Both the position numbers and the translations under genes were made by a program. Of a stretch of 64,000 nucleotides of DNA, positions 63,269 through 64,000 are shown piece by piece. The notes under the pieces were generated by a model. It ran no database searches. It worked only from the letters and a program-made list of their open reading frames with translations, and was not told the origin of the DNA. The stretch comes from Camelus ferus (lineage: Eukaryota), in the NCBI RefSeq assembly GCF_009834535.1, contig NC_045697.1, positions 5,892,001-5,956,000 on the forward strand, given 5' to 3'. Position 1 is the stretch's first letter; each line of letters opens with the position of its first letter.

Positions 63269-64000
63269 TGGGAGAGAGAAGTTCTCCACTGGGGGGCCAA
63301 TCTGAGAAGGTGCACTGCTGGGTCTACAGGAGGCTGCTATACTGAGAATCTCAAGAAGAGAAAGCCAAGTAGAGATGAGCAGAACTGAGAGATGACAGAG
63401 ACAGAGTCGAAACCGTAAATGATAATATTTGAGCTTCTGAATCCAGCCAAAACTTAAACTGGCTGCCTTATCAGACTTCCTAATTAAGCAAATAAAGAAG
63501 TTCTTTTAATTTGTAAGTTAGTATGAGTTAGGATTCTGTCACCTGCATCTTAACGAGTGCTAACTGATACGCAGTCATTGGCTGGGTGTGTTAATCTATG
63601 CAGTTAGTTTTCAGCCAAATTTTATTGGCTTAATGACTTCCAGTTCCTTAAAGTTAGTTCCCGTGTCAGTCAAAATTCCCTGATTTTAAAAAATGATCTC
63701 GTTCACAATTAGTGTATTCATTTACCAGCTCTCTATATTTTGTTTACTATGCTCAAGGGACTGTGATTCCTGCTGGAGATTTAGCAGGTAATGTGACGTA
63801 TCTAGTGCCCTAATCTCCACTTCAGGCTAGTTAATTAGAATTGCCTTAAATTCCAAGGAGAAAAAGAAATGGCCATTCTGAGCACACACAATCTGCCCCC
63901 TAGTCTTGTGGGGAGACCCGGGGGGCCGTGTGTGGAAACACCTAACATCGTTCCAGCATAAAAACATTTATTTTTTAACGGGATGAAATTACAAGCCCAT

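Noticed and set aside
33000..64000. Expected 3' exons of the next gene (SLC2A9 by mammalian synteny)
   Set aside because: No sugar-transporter motifs (e.g. PETK) were found in the ORF track or by eye; the gene probably lies beyond the window, though short exons could be missed.
1..64000. CRISPR arrays, tRNA/rRNA genes or prokaryotic-type systems
   Set aside because: The DNA is mammalian; no repeat-spacer arrays or structural RNA genes were recognised.

Overview
Mammalian (eutherian) genomic DNA. The young LINE-1 3' tails, and the absence of recognisable Alu, Bov-tA/CHR, PRE1 or CAN SINEs, suggest a camelid-like artiodactyl (inference). The window holds the last two coding exons of OTOP1 (proton channel otopetrin-1; + strand, 2831-3760 and 10388-10558). 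About 20 kb downstream is the intronless-CDS dopamine receptor gene DRD5 (+ strand, 31012-32442) in a CpG island. This is the ancestral OTOP1-DRD5 arrangement. The rest is intergenic DNA rich in L1, L2, MIR, MLT/ERV LTRs, hAT MITEs and microsatellites. Both genes carry an apparent lesion in this sequence. OTOP1 has a +1 frameshift at 3451-3454 that gives a premature stop at 3619-3621. DRD5 has ATA where the initiator ATG belongs (31012-31014), with no in-frame ATG until after TM1. This implies start loss, non-AUG initiation or an assembly error. Other notable structures: a ~340-bp element joining an L1 5' end directly to an L1 3' end, nested in another L1 tail; an old ~390-bp composite duplication on both sides of DRD5; a ~220-bp inverted repeat enclosing an MLT1 LTR; and three same-orientation CTCF-like motifs. 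Repeat subfamily names and comparisons with human proteins come from recalled consensus sequences, not from database searches.
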